From assembly GCA_003213555.1 (NCBI GenBank), contig QCMS01000005.1:3812-67811 (forward strand): DNA of 64,000 nucleotides, read 5' to 3'. A program made the position numbers and the translations under genes. Below, in pieces: positions 29,301 through 42,648 of the stretch. The notes below the pieces were generated by a model. That model did not search any database. It saw only the letters and a list, made by a program, of their open reading frames with translations, and was not told the DNA's origin. Source of the stretch: Pelagibacteraceae bacterium AG-422-I02. Its GTDB lineage: Bacteria; Pseudomonadota; Alphaproteobacteria; Pelagibacterales; Pelagibacteraceae. Positions within the stretch are counted from its first letter, which is position 1; every line of letters starts with the position of its first letter.

Positions 29301-30454
29301 ATAGAAACATAAAATTGAGAGCAATTGATTTATTAAAAGGGCAGAGCATCAATAAGCAATTTAAGGACTTAAAACCTGGAACAACATTAAATCAAAATGA
29401 TTTTGAAAATTTAAACTTAAAAGAGCTTTGGAAAATTTCATTACAAAAACAAGATCTTAATTCAGATTTAGAAAAATTAAAAAACCAATTTGATAATGCT
29501 TCAGAAGATATAAAGTTAAGATTTGAGGACAAGGTTACAAAAATACAACAAGGTGATGATTTGTTGCCAACAGTTATGAAAGTGGTAAAGGTATTTGTTG
29601 CAGTAAAAAGACGACTGATGCCAGGAGATAAAATGGCTGGGAGGCACGGAAATAAAGGAGTTGTCAGTAAAATAGTGCCTGTGGAAGATATGCCTTATAT
29701 GGAAAATGGAAAACCAGTTGATATTGTTTTAAATCCATTAGGTGTTCCTAGTCGAATGAATGTGGGTCAGATACTAGAAACACATCTTGGATGGTCTTGC
29801 TCAGAATTAGGTGATCAAATAAAAAAACATTTAAAAAATTTTGACAATGAGATAAATAAAATTAAAGAAAAATTAAAAGAAATTTATGGAGAAAAATACT
29901 TTGAAGAAGTAATTTCAAAATTGTCGAACAAAGAGGTCGCTGAATTAGTCCAAAATTTATCAAATGGTGTACCAATTGCAACTCCAGTATTTGACGGCGC
30001 GAGCACAGAAGATATTACAAAAATGCTAGATCTTGCAAAACTACCAAATTCAGGTCAAACGCATTTATGGAACGGTCAAACAGGTGAAAGGTTTGATAGA
30101 CCTGTAACAGTAGGAATAATTTACATGCTCAAATTAAACCATTTAGTTGAGGATAAAATTCATGCAAGGTCAACTGGACCTTACAGTTTGGTCACTCAAC
30201 AACCACTTGGTGGTAAGGCTCAGCTTGGTGGTCAAAGATTTGGAGAAATGGAGGTATGGGCGCTAGAAGCTTATGGCGCTTCGTATACACTTCAAGAAAT
30301 TTTAACTGTTAAATCAGATGACGTAGCAGGAAGAACGAAGGTATATGAGACAATAGTTAAAGGAAATAATAACTTTGAGTCAGGAGTTCCAGAGTCTTTT
30401 AATGTTTTAGTAAAAGAAATTCGAGCGCTTGGTTTAAATATTGAATTAAACTAA
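26363..30454 (+). CDS. rpoB: RNA polymerase beta subunit
   Basis: [30 protein letters not shown]; ATG 26363 (MQLSFTQKK) preferred over TTG 26324. Confidence 0.99.
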   Translation: MQLSFTQKKHIRKNFGKLVEGLSIPNLIEVQKNSYNEFLESKSLNEQLNELSKGIDKVFKSIFPIEDGNDKSTLEYISYKLERPKFDVIECKQRSLSYSAALKANLRLVVYDIDTETNTKQILSAKEQEVFIGDLPLMTPSATFITNGVERVVVNQMHRSPGVFFDHDKGKTHASGKLLFNCRIIPGRGSWLDFEFDPKDILYFRIDRKKKLPITTFLFALGFTKAKIIETFYSTNNYVYNKENKSWTTKFNLENYKRPIKLSYDLIDAKNNKKVLSAGDKLNIVIAKKLKEKGLELIAIPNAQIIGKYLGKDIKDKSGEILVGAGFDITEEQLEKIIAQDEKELNIVNIDPINKGPYILESLKADKNTNKNDALNDIYKVLRPGEAPSVEIAEEIFNNLYFKTERYDLSEVGRVKLNSKMDLNTNPKKTVLETGDIIAIIKFMLDLRDGKGDVDDIDHLGNRRVRSVGELVENQFRIGLLRMERTVKEKMSTFLEIESAMPQDLINAKPITTSLKDFFATSQLSQFMDQTNPLSEITHKRRVSALGPGGLTRERAGFEVRDVHPTHYGRICPIETPEGPNIGLINSLATYCRVNKFGYIESPYKKVVNGKVTPEIKYLSAIEEEKFTIAQANSALNKDGSFVEELVACRKNLNFELSSKENIDYIDVSPKQLVSVAAALIPFLENDDANRALMGSNMMRQAVPLLKPESPLVGTGIESDVALDSGVTIVAKRSGVVDKIDGKRIVVKASDVTDLSQSAVDIYNLSKFQRSNQNTCINQKPLVKVGDKIKKGDIIADGPATKLGELALGKNVTVAFMPWQGYNFEDSILISERCVTDDVFTSVHIEEYESMARDTKLGAEEITRDIPNVSEESLRNLDESGIVYVGAEVKPGDILVGKVTPKSETSSSPEEKLLRSIFGEKATDVRDSSLKLPSGSTGVVIDVRVFNRHGIEKDERSIAIERAEIESVQEDKKVEEEILNRNIKLRAIDLLKGQSINKQFKDLKPGTTLNQNDFENLNLKELWKISLQKQDLNSDLEKLKNQFDNASEDIKLRFEDKVTKIQQGDDLLPTVMKVVKVFVAVKRRLMPGDKMAGRHGNKGVVSKIVPVEDMPYMENGKPVDIVLNPLGVPSRMNVGQILETHLGWSCSELGDQIKKHLKNFDNEINKIKEKLKEIYGEKYFEEVISKLSNKEVAELVQNLSNGVPIATPVFDGASTEDITKMLDLAKLPNSGQTHLWNGQTGERFDRPVTVGIIYMLKLNHLVEDKIHARSTGPYSLVTQQPLGGKAQLGGQRFGEMEVWALEAYGASYTLQEILTVKSDDVAGRTKVYETIVKGNNNFESGVPESFNVLVKEIRALGLNIELN

Positions 30455-30456
30455 TT

Positions 30457-33400
30457 ATGGAAAAAAATTTAACAAGAAACTTTGAAAATCAAAATATCAC
30501 TCAAGAAAATAATTTTGATAGTATTAAAATCACTTTAGCTAGTCCTGAAAAAATTAAATCCTGGTCTTATGGTGAAATAAAAAAACCTGAAACAATAAAT
30601 TATAGAACATTCAGACCAGAGAAAGATGGTCTGTTTTGTTCAAGAATATTTGGACCAGTTAAAGATTATGAATGCTTGTGTGGAAAATACAAAAGAATGA
30701 AATTCAGAGGAATTATTTGCGAAAAGTGCGGAGTAGAGGTCACAAAATCCAATGTTAGAAGAGAAAGGATGGGTCATATCGATCTCGCATGTCCTGTTGC
30801 TCATATTTGGTTTTTAAAGTCTTTGCCGAGTAGAATTTCTTTAGCTATTGATATGAAACTGAAAGAAGTTGAGAAAGTTCTATATTTTGAAAGTTTTATA
30901 ATTGTAGAACCTGGTTTAACAACATTGAAAAAAGGTCAACTTATATCTGAAGAGGCGTTAATTAAAGCTCAGGAAGAATTTGGAGAGGATGCTTTTACAG
31001 CTGGAATTGGAGCTGAGGCAGTGAGAGAAATTTTAATTAATTTAGATCTTAAAAAGGAACAGCAAAAACTAAGAGAATCGTTAAAAGAAATTAAATCAAA
31101 AGTAACAGAGGAAAGAACAATTAAAAGATTAAAACTTATTGAGTCCTTTATTAATTCAGGAAATAAACCAGAGTGGATGATTTTAACTTCTGTTCCAGTA
31201 ATTCCTCCTGAGTTGAGGCCTTTAGTTCCCTTAGATGGAGGAAGATTTGCTACCTCAGACTTGAACGATTTATATAGAAGAGTAATTAACAGGAACAATA
31301 GATTAAAAAGATTACTCGACCTCAAAGCTCCAGATATCATAGTAAGAAATGAAAAAAGAATGTTGCAAGAATCTGTAGATGCACTTTTTGATAACGGCAG
31401 AAGAGGTAGAGTAATTACAGGTACAGGAAAACGTCCGCTTAAATCTTTAGCGGAAATGCTTAAAGGTAAACAAGGGAGATTTAGACAAAATCTTTTAGGA
31501 AAAAGAGTTGATTATTCTGGAAGATCTGTAATCGTAGTTGGACCTGAACTTAAATTACACCAATGCGGTCTGCCAAAAAAAATGGCGTTAGAATTATTTA
31601 AACCATTTTTATACGCTAGATTAGACAAATTAGGATTAGCGACAACAATCAAACAGGCAAAAAGATTAGTAGAAAAAGAAAAAAGTGAAGTTTGGGATTC
31701 TTTAGAACATATAATAAGAGAGCATCCAATACTTTTAAATAGAGCTCCAACATTACACAGACTTGGTGTGCAAGCTTTTGAAGCTAAATTAATCGAAGGA
31801 AATGCAATTGAACTTCATCCATTAGTTTGCGCAGCTTTTAATGCTGATTTTGATGGTGATCAAATGGCTGTACACATTCCTCTAAGTTTAGAGGCACAGT
31901 TAGAAGCTAGAGTACTAATGATGTCAACTAATAATATTTTAAGTCCATCTAATGGTAAGCCAATTATAGTGCCAAGTCAGGACATTGTTTTAGGTATATA
32001 TTATCTATCACAATCAGAAGATAATGAAAAAAAACCAAAAGGTATTTTTTCAAGCATAGAGGAAATTGAGCAGGCGTTAGAAAATAAATCTATTAGCTTA
32101 CACTCAAAAATCGTCTCAATTTTTGAAGGGGTCGATGAAAATGGAATATTAATAAAAGAAAAACATACAAGTACAGCGGGTAGATTTTTATTGGCTAATG
32201 TTTTACCAAAAAATGCAAATATTAAATTTGCCTTAGTAAATCGTTTGCTTACAAAAAAACATGTTTCTGAAGTTATCGATACAATCTTTAGATATTGCGG
32301 TCAAAAGAAGACTGTAATTTTTTGTGATAAAATTAAAACCCTTGGATTTAAGCATGCATTTAAAGCAGGAATATCTTTTGGAAAAGATGACTTAATAATT
32401 CCAAAAACAAAAGAAAACTTGATATCCAACACAAAAAAACAAATAGAGGAATATGAAAAACAATATTCTGACGGTTTAATAACAAGAGGTGAAAAATACA
32501 ATAAGGTCGTAGATATCTGGTCTAAATGTACAGATACAGTAGCTAATGAAATGATGAAAGAAATTTCCTCTGCAGAAAAAGTATGTGAAAATGATAGAAT
32601 CGAAACTAATTCGGTTTTTATGATGGCTGATTCTGGTGCCAGGGGATCTCAAGCTCAGATGAAACAACTAGCTGGAATGAGAGGTTTGATTGCAAAACCA
32701 TCGGGTGAAATTATTGAAACTCCCATTATTGCTAATTTTAAAGAGGGATTATCAGTTTTAGAATATTTTAATTCGACACACGGAGCTAGAAAAGGTCTAG
32801 CAGATACAGCTTTAAAAACTGCAAATTCTGGATATTTGACAAGAAGGCTTTGTGATGTTGCACAGGATGTTCAAATTACAAAAGCTGAATGCGATCCAAA
32901 AAAAAGATCTTCTGTTACAATTTCTGAAATTATTGAGGGAGGAAATATTTTAGTTAGTTTATCAGAAAGGGTATTGGGAAGAGTAATTGCTGAAAATATC
33001 AAAAATCCTGTGACTGGTGAAGTCATAATAAAAAAAGATAAATTAATTGATGAATTTGATTGTGAAAAAATAGACGCTGCTGGTGTTAAATCGGTCAATG
33101 TTTATTCTGTAATAACATGTGCATCTACAAAAGGTGTTTGTCAGATTTGTTATGGTAGAGATCTAGCTAGAGGTAAACTTGTGAGTATAGGAGAGGCTGT
33201 AGGAATGATTGCAGCCCAATCGATAGGTGAACCAGGAACTCAATTAACTATGAGAACTTTTCACGTAGGTGGAACTGCTCAAATAAAAGAAGAGTCTCAA
33301 ATAATCTCTCAATCAAAGGGTAAATTAAATATAATAAATAAAAACTTAATCGAAGACTCAAAAAAGAATATTATTGTAATGGGAAGGAACACTCAATTAA

Positions 33401-34644
33401 GTATAGAAGACGATAATGGGAGACAGTTGGCTATATACAAAGTAAATTATGGATCGAAATTATTTTTTAAAGATGGTGAAACAATTGATAAAGGAAAAAA
33501 AATTGCAGAGTGGGATCCATACACATTACCAGTAATAGCAGAGACGAGTGGTATTGCAAACTATATGGATCTTATGGAGGGAAGTTCTTTGACTGAAACT
33601 CTCGATGATGCAACCGGTTTATCATCTAAGTCTGTGACTGATTGGAAATCTTCTTCAAAAAATTCTGAACTCAAACCAAGAATAACTTTAAGAAATGAAA
33701 AAGGTGAAATAATAAAAAAAGCGGATGGCAATGAAGCTAGATATTATTTGGTTCCAGATACCATTTTATCTGTAAAAGATGGCCAAAAAATTTCAGCAGG
33801 TGATGTGTTAGCTAGATTACCCAAAGAGACTTCTAAAACTAAAGATATTACAGGAGGTTTACCACGAGTAGCTGAATTATTTGAAGCAAGAAGACCAAAA
33901 GATAGTGCAATCATTGCTGAGAATGATGGTGTAATTGAATTTGGTAAAGAGGTAAGAGGTAAACAAAAAATCTCAATAGTTTCTTCTAGTGGAGAAACTT
34001 CAAATTATCTAATACCTAAAGGAAAACATGTTAATTTTAATCAGGGTGAAAAAATTAAAAAAGGTGAGTATCTTTTAGATGGAAGTCCAGCTCCACACGA
34101 TATTCTAAGAATTTTAGGTGTAGAAAAACTCACAGAATATTTTGTATCAGAGGTGCAAGAAGTTTATAGACTTCAAGGTGTAGTAATAAATGATAAACAT
34201 ATAGAAACAATCGTAAGACAAATGCTTAAGCGTGTTGAGGTCAAAGACCCAGGAGAGTCAGAATTACTAGTCGGTGAGGTAATTGATTTACTTGATATAA
34301 ATAATATAAACGAGAAACTTAAAAATGAAAAGAAAAGACCTGCATCGTTTGAAAGAGTATTATTAGGTATTACCAAAGCTTCTTTGCAAACAAACTCATT
34401 TATTTCTGCTGCCTCTTTCCAAGAAACAACAAGAGTACTAACAGATGCTTCTATAAAAGGAAAAACTGACTCATTAGAAGGCTTAAAAGAAAATGTAATT
34501 GTAGGAAGATTAGTGCCTGCTGGAACTGGTTTAACTAAAATTGAGTGGGATAAGCAAGCAAGAGAGCAAGATAAAGCAAGATTAGAAGAGTTAAAAAAAC
34601 AAGAGCTAGAATCCGCTTCAGAGGCGCCTGAACAGACGACTTAA
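30457..34644 (+). CDS. rpoC: RNA polymerase beta' subunit
   Basis: [11 protein letters not shown]-terminal Zn finger CLCGKY...CEKCG. Confidence 0.99.
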   Translation: MEKNLTRNFENQNITQENNFDSIKITLASPEKIKSWSYGEIKKPETINYRTFRPEKDGLFCSRIFGPVKDYECLCGKYKRMKFRGIICEKCGVEVTKSNVRRERMGHIDLACPVAHIWFLKSLPSRISLAIDMKLKEVEKVLYFESFIIVEPGLTTLKKGQLISEEALIKAQEEFGEDAFTAGIGAEAVREILINLDLKKEQQKLRESLKEIKSKVTEERTIKRLKLIESFINSGNKPEWMILTSVPVIPPELRPLVPLDGGRFATSDLNDLYRRVINRNNRLKRLLDLKAPDIIVRNEKRMLQESVDALFDNGRRGRVITGTGKRPLKSLAEMLKGKQGRFRQNLLGKRVDYSGRSVIVVGPELKLHQCGLPKKMALELFKPFLYARLDKLGLATTIKQAKRLVEKEKSEVWDSLEHIIREHPILLNRAPTLHRLGVQAFEAKLIEGNAIELHPLVCAAFNADFDGDQMAVHIPLSLEAQLEARVLMMSTNNILSPSNGKPIIVPSQDIVLGIYYLSQSEDNEKKPKGIFSSIEEIEQALENKSISLHSKIVSIFEGVDENGILIKEKHTSTAGRFLLANVLPKNANIKFALVNRLLTKKHVSEVIDTIFRYCGQKKTVIFCDKIKTLGFKHAFKAGISFGKDDLIIPKTKENLISNTKKQIEEYEKQYSDGLITRGEKYNKVVDIWSKCTDTVANEMMKEISSAEKVCENDRIETNSVFMMADSGARGSQAQMKQLAGMRGLIAKPSGEIIETPIIANFKEGLSVLEYFNSTHGARKGLADTALKTANSGYLTRRLCDVAQDVQITKAECDPKKRSSVTISEIIEGGNILVSLSERVLGRVIAENIKNPVTGEVIIKKDKLIDEFDCEKIDAAGVKSVNVYSVITCASTKGVCQICYGRDLARGKLVSIGEAVGMIAAQSIGEPGTQLTMRTFHVGGTAQIKEESQIISQSKGKLNIINKNLIEDSKKNIIVMGRNTQLSIEDDNGRQLAIYKVNYGSKLFFKDGETIDKGKKIAEWDPYTLPVIAETSGIANYMDLMEGSSLTETLDDATGLSSKSVTDWKSSSKNSELKPRITLRNEKGEIIKKADGNEARYYLVPDTILSVKDGQKISAGDVLARLPKETSKTKDITGGLPRVAELFEARRPKDSAIIAENDGVIEFGKEVRGKQKISIVSSSGETSNYLIPKGKHVNFNQGEKIKKGEYLLDGSPAPHDILRILGVEKLTEYFVSEVQEVYRLQGVVINDKHIETIVRQMLKRVEVKDPGESELLVGEVIDLLDINNINEKLKNEKKRPASFERVLLGITKASLQTNSFISAASFQETTRVLTDASIKGKTDSLEGLKENVIVGRLVPAGTGLTKIEWDKQAREQDKARLEELKKQELESASEAPEQTT

Positions 34645-34669
34645 TTAGTATTTAAATTCCCTTAAAATA

Positions 34670-34697
34670 TTGACTTTTATAATTTCGGTGTTAGTTT
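34670..34697 (+). promoter_or_regulatory. Putative promoter of the rpsL operon
   Basis: TTGACT (34670-75), 16 nt, TAGTTT (34692-97). Confidence 0.5.
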
Positions 34698-34704
34698 ACG
34701 GCAC

Positions 34705-34789
34705 ATTTTGAATGTTAGAAGTAAGGTGGATTAAAACCTTAAACACTAACCAAATCTTCAAGGGTTTTACCTTTTTTCTGCTTCAAAAT
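34705..34789 (+). ncRNA. Structured rpsL 5' leader (candidate ribosomal-protein autoregulatory element)
   Basis: Nested pairings ATTTTGAA/TTCAAAAT, AGAA..AAGGT/ACCTT..TTCT and TAAAACCTT/AGGGTTTTA immediately upstream of the rpsL ATG. Confidence 0.6.
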
Positions 34790-34795
34790 ATTATT

Positions 34796-35167
34796 ATGCC
34801 AACAATTAATCAGTTAATCAAAAAAGGCAGAGAAAAACCTATTGCAAGGAATAAGGTTCCTGCATTAGAGAGACAGCCTTTAAAAAGGGGAGTGTGTGTT
34901 AAGGTCTATACAACTACGCCAAAAAAACCTAACTCAGCATTAAGAAAAGTAGCTAGAGTTCGACTCTCAAATGGCTTCGAGGTAACAGCTTATATTCCAG
35001 GAGAGGGGCACAATTTGCAGGAACACTCTGTGGTAATGTTACGTGGAGGACGTGTAAAAGATTTACCCGGAGTTCGTTATCATATTTTAAGAGGTAACTT
35101 AGATACACAAGGAGTTGCAAATCGGAAACAAAGAAGATCTCTTTACGGTACTAAAAAACCAAAATAA
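34796..35167 (+). CDS. rpsL: 30S ribosomal protein S12
   Basis: MPTINQL start at 34796; [25 protein letters not shown]. Confidence 0.99.
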   Translation: MPTINQLIKKGREKPIARNKVPALERQPLKRGVCVKVYTTTPKKPNSALRKVARVRLSNGFEVTAYIPGEGHNLQEHSVVMLRGGRVKDLPGVRYHILRGNLDTQGVANRKQRRSLYGTKKPK

Positions 35168-35170
35168 ATT

Positions 35171-35641
35171 ATGTCTAGAAAACGAAAAGCTCCAATTAGA
35201 AAAGTTTATCCTGATCCTAAATTTCATTCAGAAGTAGTTTCAAAGTTTATTAACTCAATAATGTATGATGGCAAAAGATCGACTGCAGAAAAAATTCTTT
35301 ACGACGCTTTAGAAAAAATTAAATCTAAAAATAATGAAGATCCACTTAAAATCTTTAATACGGCTATAAGTAACGTAAAACCTAATCTTGAGTGCAGGTC
35401 TAGAAGAGTTGGTGGTGCAACATATCAAGTTCCTGTAGAGGTTAAAGCGAAAAGAGCTCAAGCTTTAGCATTAAGATGGATAATGGACGCAACTAGAAAA
35501 AGAAAAAACAAAACTATGGCTGAGAAATTGTATGCAGAGATTTTAGATGCTTCACAGAATAAGGGATCAGCAATAAAAAAAAGAGAAGATACACATAAAA
35601 TGGCAGAGTCAAATAAAGCTTTTGCACATTTCAGGTGGTAA
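35171..35641 (+). CDS. rpsG: 30S ribosomal protein S7
   Basis: [27 protein letters not shown]. Confidence 0.99.
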   Translation: MSRKRKAPIRKVYPDPKFHSEVVSKFINSIMYDGKRSTAEKILYDALEKIKSKNNEDPLKIFNTAISNVKPNLECRSRRVGGATYQVPVEVKAKRAQALALRWIMDATRKRKNKTMAEKLYAEILDASQNKGSAIKKREDTHKMAESNKAFAHFRW

Positions 35642-35647
35642 TAAATT

Positions 35648-37720
35648 ATGACTAAGTACACTTTAGATAAATATAGAAATATTGGTATCATGGCGCATAT
35701 AGATGCTGGCAAAACAACTACAACTGAGAGAGTTTTATATTATACAGGAAAAAGTCACAAAATTGGTGAAGTTCATGACGGAGCTGCAACAATGGACTGG
35801 ATGGAACAAGAACAAGAAAGAGGTATAACAATCACATCTGCTGCTACTACTTGTTTTTGGAGAGATCACAGGATTAATATTATTGATACTCCAGGACACG
35901 TAGATTTTACAATTGAAGTTGAAAGGTCTTTAAAAGTTTTAGATGGAGCCGTAGCCGTATTTGATGGTGTAGCAGGTGTAGAACCTCAATCAGAAACTGT
36001 ATGGAGACAAGCAGATAAATACAAAGTGCCGAGAATTTGTTTTGTAAATAAACTTGATAGAACTGGCGCAGATTTTTATAGATGTGTAGACATGATAAAA
36101 GATCGTTTAGGCTGTAAGCCGTTACCTTTACAATTACCAATTGGTGCTGAAGCTGATTTGAAGGGTGTAATCGATTTAGTCAAAATGAAAGGTGTTGTTT
36201 GGCAAAATGAAGATCTCGGAGCAAAGTTTGATTACGTAGATATACCTGAAGACCTTAAAGATAAAGCAAAAGAATATAGACAAAACCTTGTTGAAACAGC
36301 TGTAGAGGAGGATGAAAAATTGATGGAGGCATATCTGGAGGGCAAAGAACCATCAGATGTAGATTTAATTAAGTGTATAAGAAAAGGAACTTTAAATTTT
36401 AATTTTGTGCCAATTTTAACCGGTTCTGCATTTAAAAACAAAGGTGTTCAACCTTTATTAGACGCTGTAATTGATTATTTGCCAAGTCCAAAAGACATAG
36501 GCTCAATTGAGGCTACAAAATTAAACTCAGAAGATAAGTTACAAATGAAATTTGAAGATAGCGAACCTTTCTCTGCTCTAGCTTTTAAGGTTGCAAACGA
36601 TCCATTTGTTGGCTCATTAACTTTCATACGTATTTATTCTGGAAAGCTCCAAGCAGGTACAGCTGTTTATAATTCATCTACTGAAAAAACAGAAAGAGTA
36701 GGAAGAATGTTATTAATGCATGCCAATTCAAGAGAAGATATAAAAGAAGCGACTACTGGAGATATAGTTGCGCTTGCTGGATTAAAGAACACAATAACAG
36801 GTCATACGCTCTGTGATCAAAATAAACCAATGTTGTTAGAACCAATGGAATTTCCAGATCCTGTTATTGAAATTGCTGTTGAACCTAAAACAAAAGGTGA
36901 CCAAGAAAAAATGGGTGAGGCTTTAAACAGATTAGCAAAAGAAGATCCCTCATTTAGGGTGAGTTCTGATGAAGAATCAGGTCAAACAATTATTAAAGGA
37001 ATGGGTGAGCTTCATTTAGATATTATTGTAGATAGGATGAAAAGAGAATTTAAAGTTGAAGCCAACGTTGGAGCTCCTCAGGTTGCATACAGAGAGACAA
37101 TTCTTGGCTCATCAGAGGTAACTTATATCCATAAAAAGCAAAGTGGTGGTTCAGGACAATTTGCTAAAGTTACTTTAAGTGTTGAACCATTAGAACCTGG
37201 TAAAGGAAGAGAAGTTGATAACAAGATTAAAGGTGGAGCAATTCCAAAAGAATTTATTCCTGGAGTAGAAAAAGGTGTTTTGAGCGTTGCTGAAAGTGGA
37301 ATATTAGCAGGTTTTCCTGTCATAGATTATAAAGTGACAATTTTAGATGGTTTACATCACGATGTTGATTCGAGTGTCCTCGCTTTTGAAATAGCCTCAA
37401 GAATGTGTTTTAGAGAGGCATGTACAAAAGCAACTTTAAAATTATTAGAACCTATGATGAAAGTTGAAGTTGTAACTCCCGAAGAATTTATGGGCGACGT
37501 TATAGGAGATTTAAATAGTAGAAGAGGGCAAGTTGCTTCAACTGAAGCTAGAGGTAACGCAACAGCAATTAATGCAACGGTTCCATTAGCTAATATGTTT
37601 GGATACATAAATAATTTACGTTCCTCAACACAAGGAAGAGCACAATACACAATGCAATTTAGTCATTATGATAAAGTTCCTCAAAACGTACAAGATGAAG
37701 TAACAAAAAAATTAGCTTAA
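35648..37720 (+). CDS. fusA: Elongation factor G
   Basis: [28 protein letters not shown]. Confidence 0.99.
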   Translation: MTKYTLDKYRNIGIMAHIDAGKTTTTERVLYYTGKSHKIGEVHDGAATMDWMEQEQERGITITSAATTCFWRDHRINIIDTPGHVDFTIEVERSLKVLDGAVAVFDGVAGVEPQSETVWRQADKYKVPRICFVNKLDRTGADFYRCVDMIKDRLGCKPLPLQLPIGAEADLKGVIDLVKMKGVVWQNEDLGAKFDYVDIPEDLKDKAKEYRQNLVETAVEEDEKLMEAYLEGKEPSDVDLIKCIRKGTLNFNFVPILTGSAFKNKGVQPLLDAVIDYLPSPKDIGSIEATKLNSEDKLQMKFEDSEPFSALAFKVANDPFVGSLTFIRIYSGKLQAGTAVYNSSTEKTERVGRMLLMHANSREDIKEATTGDIVALAGLKNTITGHTLCDQNKPMLLEPMEFPDPVIEIAVEPKTKGDQEKMGEALNRLAKEDPSFRVSSDEESGQTIIKGMGELHLDIIVDRMKREFKVEANVGAPQVAYRETILGSSEVTYIHKKQSGGSGQFAKVTLSVEPLEPGKGREVDNKIKGGAIPKEFIPGVEKGVLSVAESGILAGFPVIDYKVTILDGLHHDVDSSVLAFEIASRMCFREACTKATLKLLEPMMKVEVVTPEEFMGDVIGDLNSRRGQVASTEARGNATAINATVPLANMFGYINNLRSSTQGRAQYTMQFSHYDKVPQNVQDEVTKKLA

Positions 37721-37723
37721 TTT

Positions 37724-38032
37724 ATGGAAAATCAAAATATTAGAATACATTTAAAAGCATACGATAATAAGATCCTCGATTTATCAACTGAGGAGATAGT
37801 AAATACTGCTAAAAGAACTGGAGCACAAGTGAAAGGCCCTATTCCACTTCCAACGAGAATTGAAAGATATACTGTTCTGAGATCTCCACATATAGATAAA
37901 AAAAGCAGGGAACAATTTGAGTCCAGAACTCACAAAAGATTAATAGATATTATAGAACCTACTCCCCAGACTGTAGAAGCTTTGATGAAACTAGACTTAG
38001 CTTCTGGAGTAGATATAGAAATAAAGATTTAA
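37724..38032 (+). CDS. rpsJ: 30S ribosomal protein S10
   Basis: [21 protein letters not shown]. Confidence 0.99.
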   Translation: MENQNIRIHLKAYDNKILDLSTEEIVNTAKRTGAQVKGPIPLPTRIERYTVLRSPHIDKKSREQFESRTHKRLIDIIEPTPQTVEALMKLDLASGVDIEIKI

Positions 38033-38035
38033 ATT

Positions 38036-38740
38036 ATGAGCATAGGATTAATAGGAACAAAAATCGGAATGACCAGGGAATTCTTGGATAGCGGTCAATC
38101 TGTTCCAGTGACAGTTATAAAAGTAGAAAAAGGTAGAGTGTTAGATGTAATTACTAAAGAAAAAAGAGGCTATAGTGCTGTTAAAGTAGGGTTTTTCAAA
38201 CTAAAAAATTCTAAATTGACTAAGCAAATGAAAGGTTATTTTGCCAAGAAAAATACTGAACCTAAAAAAATTCTTAAAGAATTTAGAGTGGAAAATAACG
38301 ATCAATATAAAGAGGGCAATGAACTAGGTTTAGAAATCTTTAAAGATAAAAAGTTTTTAGATGTGAGATCAAAAACAATAGGAAAAGGGTTCGCAGGGGT
38401 AATGAAAAGATGGAATTTTGGTGGATTGAGAGCTTCTCATGGAGTTTCAGTTTCTCACAGATCTCATGGTTCAACTGGTCAAAGACAAGACCCAGGAAAA
38501 GTATTTAAAGGAAAAAAAATGGCTGGTCATATGGGTGACAAATTGAGAACAATGCTAAATTTGGAGATTATAAAATCTGATTTGGAAAATAATTTATTAT
38601 ATTTAAAAGGTTCTATTCCAGGTTCAAAAAACTCAACTGTATTACTAAGAGAGTCAGTAAAAAATGTCACTAGAAAAACTATTAAAGAAAAACATGAAGC
38701 AAAAGTTAAAGCTGCTGCTGCTAAGAAAGGTAAGAAATAA
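38036..38740 (+). CDS. rplC: 50S ribosomal protein L3
   Basis: K.GMT, GKGFAG.MKRW, PGKVFKGKKMAGHMG. Confidence 0.98.
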   Translation: MSIGLIGTKIGMTREFLDSGQSVPVTVIKVEKGRVLDVITKEKRGYSAVKVGFFKLKNSKLTKQMKGYFAKKNTEPKKILKEFRVENNDQYKEGNELGLEIFKDKKFLDVRSKTIGKGFAGVMKRWNFGGLRASHGVSVSHRSHGSTGQRQDPGKVFKGKKMAGHMGDKLRTMLNLEIIKSDLENNLLYLKGSIPGSKNSTVLLRESVKNVTRKTIKEKHEAKVKAAAAKKGKK

Positions 38741-39376
38741 ATGAAATTTCCTCTTTTAAGTATAGATGGCACAAAAGCAGACTCAATAGAGATCTCAGAT
38801 AAATTAGTTAAATTAAAAGTGAATCATAAGTTAATTAAATTTGTAATAGACTGGCAATTAAATCACGCAAAACCAAGAACAGCTAAAACTAAACAAAGAA
38901 ATGAGATTAAAGGTTCTACAAGAAAAATAGTACCTCAAAAAGGCGGTGGCGGAGCAAGACACGCTAGTAAAAAAGCTCCATTATTTGTGGGAGGGGGAGT
39001 CGCTCACGGGCCTAAAGGAGCAGTATATAAGATTAAAAAGATAAATAAAAAAGTAAGAAAACTCGCTTTAGCCCAATCATTATCTAAAAAGAATTCAGAT
39101 AAAAACCTTCATATTTTAGCCGATGTAAAGAAAGAAATAAAAAAAACGAAAGAATTTAATAAATTTCTTTTAAAAAACAAATTAGCTAATGTTTTAATAA
39201 TTTCTGATAATGACTCAATGAAAAATATAAATAAGTCTGCTCGTAATATAAAAAACGTAAAATTGATAAAAGAAGAAGGAACAAATATATACGATTTATT
39301 TAAATACAAAAATGTAATAATAACGTCCACTTCTGCGAAAAAAATTCAAGAAAGGGTTCTAAATGAAAAAAATTAA
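38741..39376 (+). CDS. rplD: 50S ribosomal protein L4
   Basis: QKGGGGARH, GGGVAHGP. Confidence 0.97.
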   Translation: MKFPLLSIDGTKADSIEISDKLVKLKVNHKLIKFVIDWQLNHAKPRTAKTKQRNEIKGSTRKIVPQKGGGGARHASKKAPLFVGGGVAHGPKGAVYKIKKINKKVRKLALAQSLSKKNSDKNLHILADVKKEIKKTKEFNKFLLKNKLANVLIISDNDSMKNINKSARNIKNVKLIKEEGTNIYDLFKYKNVIITSTSAKKIQERVLNEKN

Positions 39377-39656
39377 TTATATAGACTCAATTAGAAACCC
39401 TATAATCACTGAGAAAGCTACAATTTTATCAGAGCAAAACAAAACTGTTTTTAAAGTGCATGAGAAAGCAAATAAAAAAACTATAAAAAAAAATATAGAA
39501 AAGCTTTTTAAGGTTAACGTAATAAAAGTAAATATCATTAATCAAAAATCTAAATTAAAAATGAAGCAAGGAAAGAAATCAATAAAGAGTGGTTATAAAA
39601 AAGCAATAATCACACTTAAAAAAGGTCAGAGTATTGATTTAACTACAGGAATTTAA
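39363..39656 (+). CDS. rplW: 50S ribosomal protein L23
   Basis: PIITEKA, F.V.V.KVN, KKAIITL. Confidence 0.97.
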   Translation: MKKINYIDSIRNPIITEKATILSEQNKTVFKVHEKANKKTIKKNIEKLFKVNVIKVNIINQKSKLKMKQGKKSIKSGYKKAIITLKKGQSIDLTTGI

Positions 39657-39658
39657 AA

Positions 39659-40492
39659 ATGGCATTAAAAACTTTTAAACCGTACACAAAATCTACAAGA
39701 GGAACAGTTGTACTAGATAAAAGCAAACTTTGGAAAGGCTCTCCCTATAAACCTTTAACAAAAGGTCAAAATTTTACTGGAGGCAGGAATAATAATGGAA
39801 GAATTACTTCAAGACATATAGGCGGCGGTTCAAAACATAAATACAGAGTTATAGATTTTTATAGAAAAAAGAAAAATGTTCAAGCTACAGTAGAAAGAAT
39901 AGAGTATGATCCTAATAGAACAGCTCACATTGCATTGATAGCTTATAAAGATAAGGAGAAGTCATATATCATAAGTCCTCAAGGTTTGAAGCAAGGTGAC
40001 ATAATTGAGTCAGGTAAAAATGTTGAGATTAAAGTTGGAAACTCATTAGAATTAAGAGATATCCCTCCTGGTACATCAATACACAATGTAGAATTAATAC
40101 CAGGAAATGGGGCAAAACTAGCGAGATCTGCAGGATCATCGGTAACACTATCGGGTTATGACGGCGATTATGCTATATTAAAACTTTCATCAGGAGAAAC
40201 AAGAAAAGTAAGCAGTGCATGTATTGCAACAATAGGAACAGTATCTAATCCAGATCAAAAAAATATTAAAATTGGTAAAGCTGGTAGAAATAGATGGAGA
40301 GGTAAGAGGCCGCAAACTAGAGGTGTAGCAATGAACCCAGTCGACCACCCACACGGAGGTGGTGAAGGTAAAACCTCTGGCGGAAGAAGCCCAGTTTCAC
40401 CATGGGGACAATCAGCTAAAGGGCTCAAAACAAGAAGACCGAAAAGAAGTGATAAATTAATTATTACTAGAAGGAAGAAAAGGAAAAAATAA
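39659..40492 (+). CDS. rplB: 50S ribosomal protein L2
   Basis: [25 protein letters not shown]. Confidence 0.99.
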   Translation: MALKTFKPYTKSTRGTVVLDKSKLWKGSPYKPLTKGQNFTGGRNNNGRITSRHIGGGSKHKYRVIDFYRKKKNVQATVERIEYDPNRTAHIALIAYKDKEKSYIISPQGLKQGDIIESGKNVEIKVGNSLELRDIPPGTSIHNVELIPGNGAKLARSAGSSVTLSGYDGDYAILKLSSGETRKVSSACIATIGTVSNPDQKNIKIGKAGRNRWRGKRPQTRGVAMNPVDHPHGGGEGKTSGGRSPVSPWGQSAKGLKTRRPKRSDKLIITRRKKRKK

Positions 40493-40800
40493 TGACTAGA
40501 TCAGTTTGGAAAGGGCCATTTGTTCATCCAAGTTTACTAAAAAAGATTGATAAACTTAAAGATGCACCTAACAAAAAACCTATAAAAACCTGGTCAAGAA
40601 ATTCAACAATAATACCTGATTTTGTTGGACACAGTTTTATGATCCATAATGGAAAATCATTTATACCAATAACAATTTCTGAAGAAATGGTAGGTCATAA
40701 ATTAGGTGAATTTGCGCCAACAAGAACTTTTAAAGGGCACACACCAGCAGATAAGAAAGCCGCTGCACCAGCTGCTAAACCAGAGGGAGATAAGAAATAA
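40492..40800 (+). CDS. rpsS: 30S ribosomal protein S19
   Basis: [21 protein letters not shown]. Confidence 0.98.
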   Translation: MTRSVWKGPFVHPSLLKKIDKLKDAPNKKPIKTWSRNSTIIPDFVGHSFMIHNGKSFIPITISEEMVGHKLGEFAPTRTFKGHTPADKKAAAPAAKPEGDKK

Positions 40801-41168
40801 TGGAAAAAAACACCCCTTTTGTTAAAGCTATTAATAAAAATGTTAGAACTAGTCCTAGAAAATTGGCCTTAGTCTGTAATTTTATAAAAGGAAAAAAAGC
40901 AGATGTCGCTTTAAGAGATTTAGAGTTTTCGAGGAAAAGAATAGCAAAAGATGTAAGCAAAACAGTAAAATCTGCAATATCAAATGCCGAAAATAACAAT
41001 CAATTTGATATTGATAATTTATTTGTTAAAGAGGCTTATGTTGGTAAATCTTTAGTTATGAAAAGGTTCCGACCTAGAGCTAAAGGTAGAGCAAGTCCGA
41101 TAAAAAAACCATTTAGCAGAATTACTATTGTTTTAGAGGAAAAAAAAGAAAAAAAGGTGAGTAAATAA
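40800..41168 (+). CDS. rplV: 50S ribosomal protein L22
   Basis: [25 protein letters not shown]. Confidence 0.97.
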   Translation: MEKNTPFVKAINKNVRTSPRKLALVCNFIKGKKADVALRDLEFSRKRIAKDVSKTVKSAISNAENNNQFDIDNLFVKEAYVGKSLVMKRFRPRAKGRASPIKKPFSRITIVLEEKKEKKVSK

Positions 41169-41854
41169 TGGGACAAAAAATAAATCCAATTGGTCTAAGA
41201 CTTGGAATCAATAGAGGCTGGGACTCAACATGGTTTGCCAAAAAGAAAGATTTTGGTAAATACTTAATAGAGGATTTTAAAATAAGGAATTATATTAAAA
41301 AAAATATAACTAACTCAGGTGTTTCAGAAATTATTATTGAGCGTTCATCAAAAAAATGCACAGTTTCAATTCATACATCAAGACCAGGTTTTGTAATTGG
41401 TAAAAAAGGTGCCGATATTGAAAAAATTAAAAAAAATATCTCGAAGATTACTGATGGTGATGTAAATGTTAATATAAAAGAAATAAAAAAGCCCGAATTA
41501 AATTCAAATTTGGTTGCTGAAAATATAGCCCAACAACTTGTAAAAAGAGTGGCTTATAGAAGAGCCATGAAAAGAGCGATGCAATCTGCAATGAGGTTAA
41601 ATGCAAAAGGTATAAAAGTGATGTTAAGCGGAAGATTAGCCGGAAATGAAATAGCTCGTACTGAATGGTTAAGAGAGGGCAGCATACCGTCTCATACACT
41701 AAGAGCTGAAATCGACTACGGATTTGCTGAAGCACTTACTACCTATGGAATTATTGGAGTTAAAGTTTGGATTTACAAAGGTGAATTAATGGCAAAAGAT
41801 GTTGAAAAAGAAAAAAAAGAAAGGGTGAAGAATGCTACAGCCAGTCAGAACTAA
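41168..41854 (+). CDS. rpsC: 30S ribosomal protein S3
   Basis: [32 protein letters not shown]. Confidence 0.98.
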   Translation: MGQKINPIGLRLGINRGWDSTWFAKKKDFGKYLIEDFKIRNYIKKNITNSGVSEIIIERSSKKCTVSIHTSRPGFVIGKKGADIEKIKKNISKITDGDVNVNIKEIKKPELNSNLVAENIAQQLVKRVAYRRAMKRAMQSAMRLNAKGIKVMLSGRLAGNEIARTEWLREGSIPSHTLRAEIDYGFAEALTTYGIIGVKVWIYKGELMAKDVEKEKKERVKNATASQN

Positions 41855-42236
41855 GTACAGAAAAGCATTTAAAGGAAGAATACATGGGAATGCTTCTAGG
41901 GCTGTAAAACTAAATTATGGTCAATTTGGATTAAAAGCAGTTCAACCAGAGAGAATTATTGGTAAACAAATCGAGGCGGCTAGAGTTGCTTTAACACGAT
42001 ACATGAAAAGAACTGGAAAAGTATGGACGCGAATTTTTCCTAATATACCAGTATCAAAAAAACCAACAGAAGTAAGAATGGGTAAAGGAAAAGGATCTCC
42101 AGAATATTACGCTTGTAGAGTAAAACCAGGTAGAATTATATTTGAAGTAGATGGAGTTAGTGAAGAAATAGCAAGAGAGGCTTTATACAAGGCATCAGCT
42201 AAATTACCAATTAAAACCAAATTTGTGAAAAGATAA
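41832..42236 (+). CDS. rplP: 50S ribosomal protein L16
   Basis: [19 protein letters not shown]. Confidence 0.98.
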   Translation: MLQPVRTKYRKAFKGRIHGNASRAVKLNYGQFGLKAVQPERIIGKQIEAARVALTRYMKRTGKVWTRIFPNIPVSKKPTEVRMGKGKGSPEYYACRVKPGRIIFEVDGVSEEIAREALYKASAKLPIKTKFVKR

Positions 42237-42424
42237 TGGCTAAAAAAAAAGAGGATAAAAAATTAACCAAAGATCAAGCAGAGAAAAAAATCTTAACATT
42301 AAAAAAAGATTTATTTAATATTAGGTTCAAAAAGATAAATAATCAAATTAATAATCCCGCTCAATACAATGAGATCAAAAAAAGTATAGCTAGACTATAC
42401 ACAACTATTAAGAACACAAAATGA
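42236..42424 (+). CDS. rpmC: 50S ribosomal protein L29
   Basis: [16 protein letters not shown]; synteny. Confidence 0.9.
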   Translation: MAKKKEDKKLTKDQAEKKILTLKKDLFNIRFKKINNQINNPAQYNEIKKSIARLYTTIKNTK

Positions 42425-42648
42425 CAAAGAAAATTTTAAAAGGAACAGTAACAAGTGCAAAAAACAACAAGACTATTGTTGTCGAGGTTACTAGAAAATT
42501 CAAACATCCATTTTATGAAAAAGTGATTAAAAGATCAAAAAAGTACCACGCACATGATGAAAAAAATAAATTTAAAGAAGGTCAAACAGTCTCAATTATA
42601 GAGTGTCGTCCTATATCTAAAAAGAAAACTTGGCAGGTAAAAGAATAA
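42421..42648 (+). CDS. rpsQ: 30S ribosomal protein S17
   Basis: [23 protein letters not shown]. Confidence 0.97.
   Translation: MTKKILKGTVTSAKNNKTIVVEVTRKFKHPFYEKVIKRSKKYHAHDEKNKFKEGQTVSIIECRPISKKKTWQVKE

Noticed and set aside
23491-42647. N-terminal extensions of secE, rpoB, rpsL and rplN given by the ORF track
   Set aside because: The conserved N-termini begin at downstream ATGs (23566, 26363, 34796, 42648). The extensions overlap a tRNA, a leader or the upstream gene.
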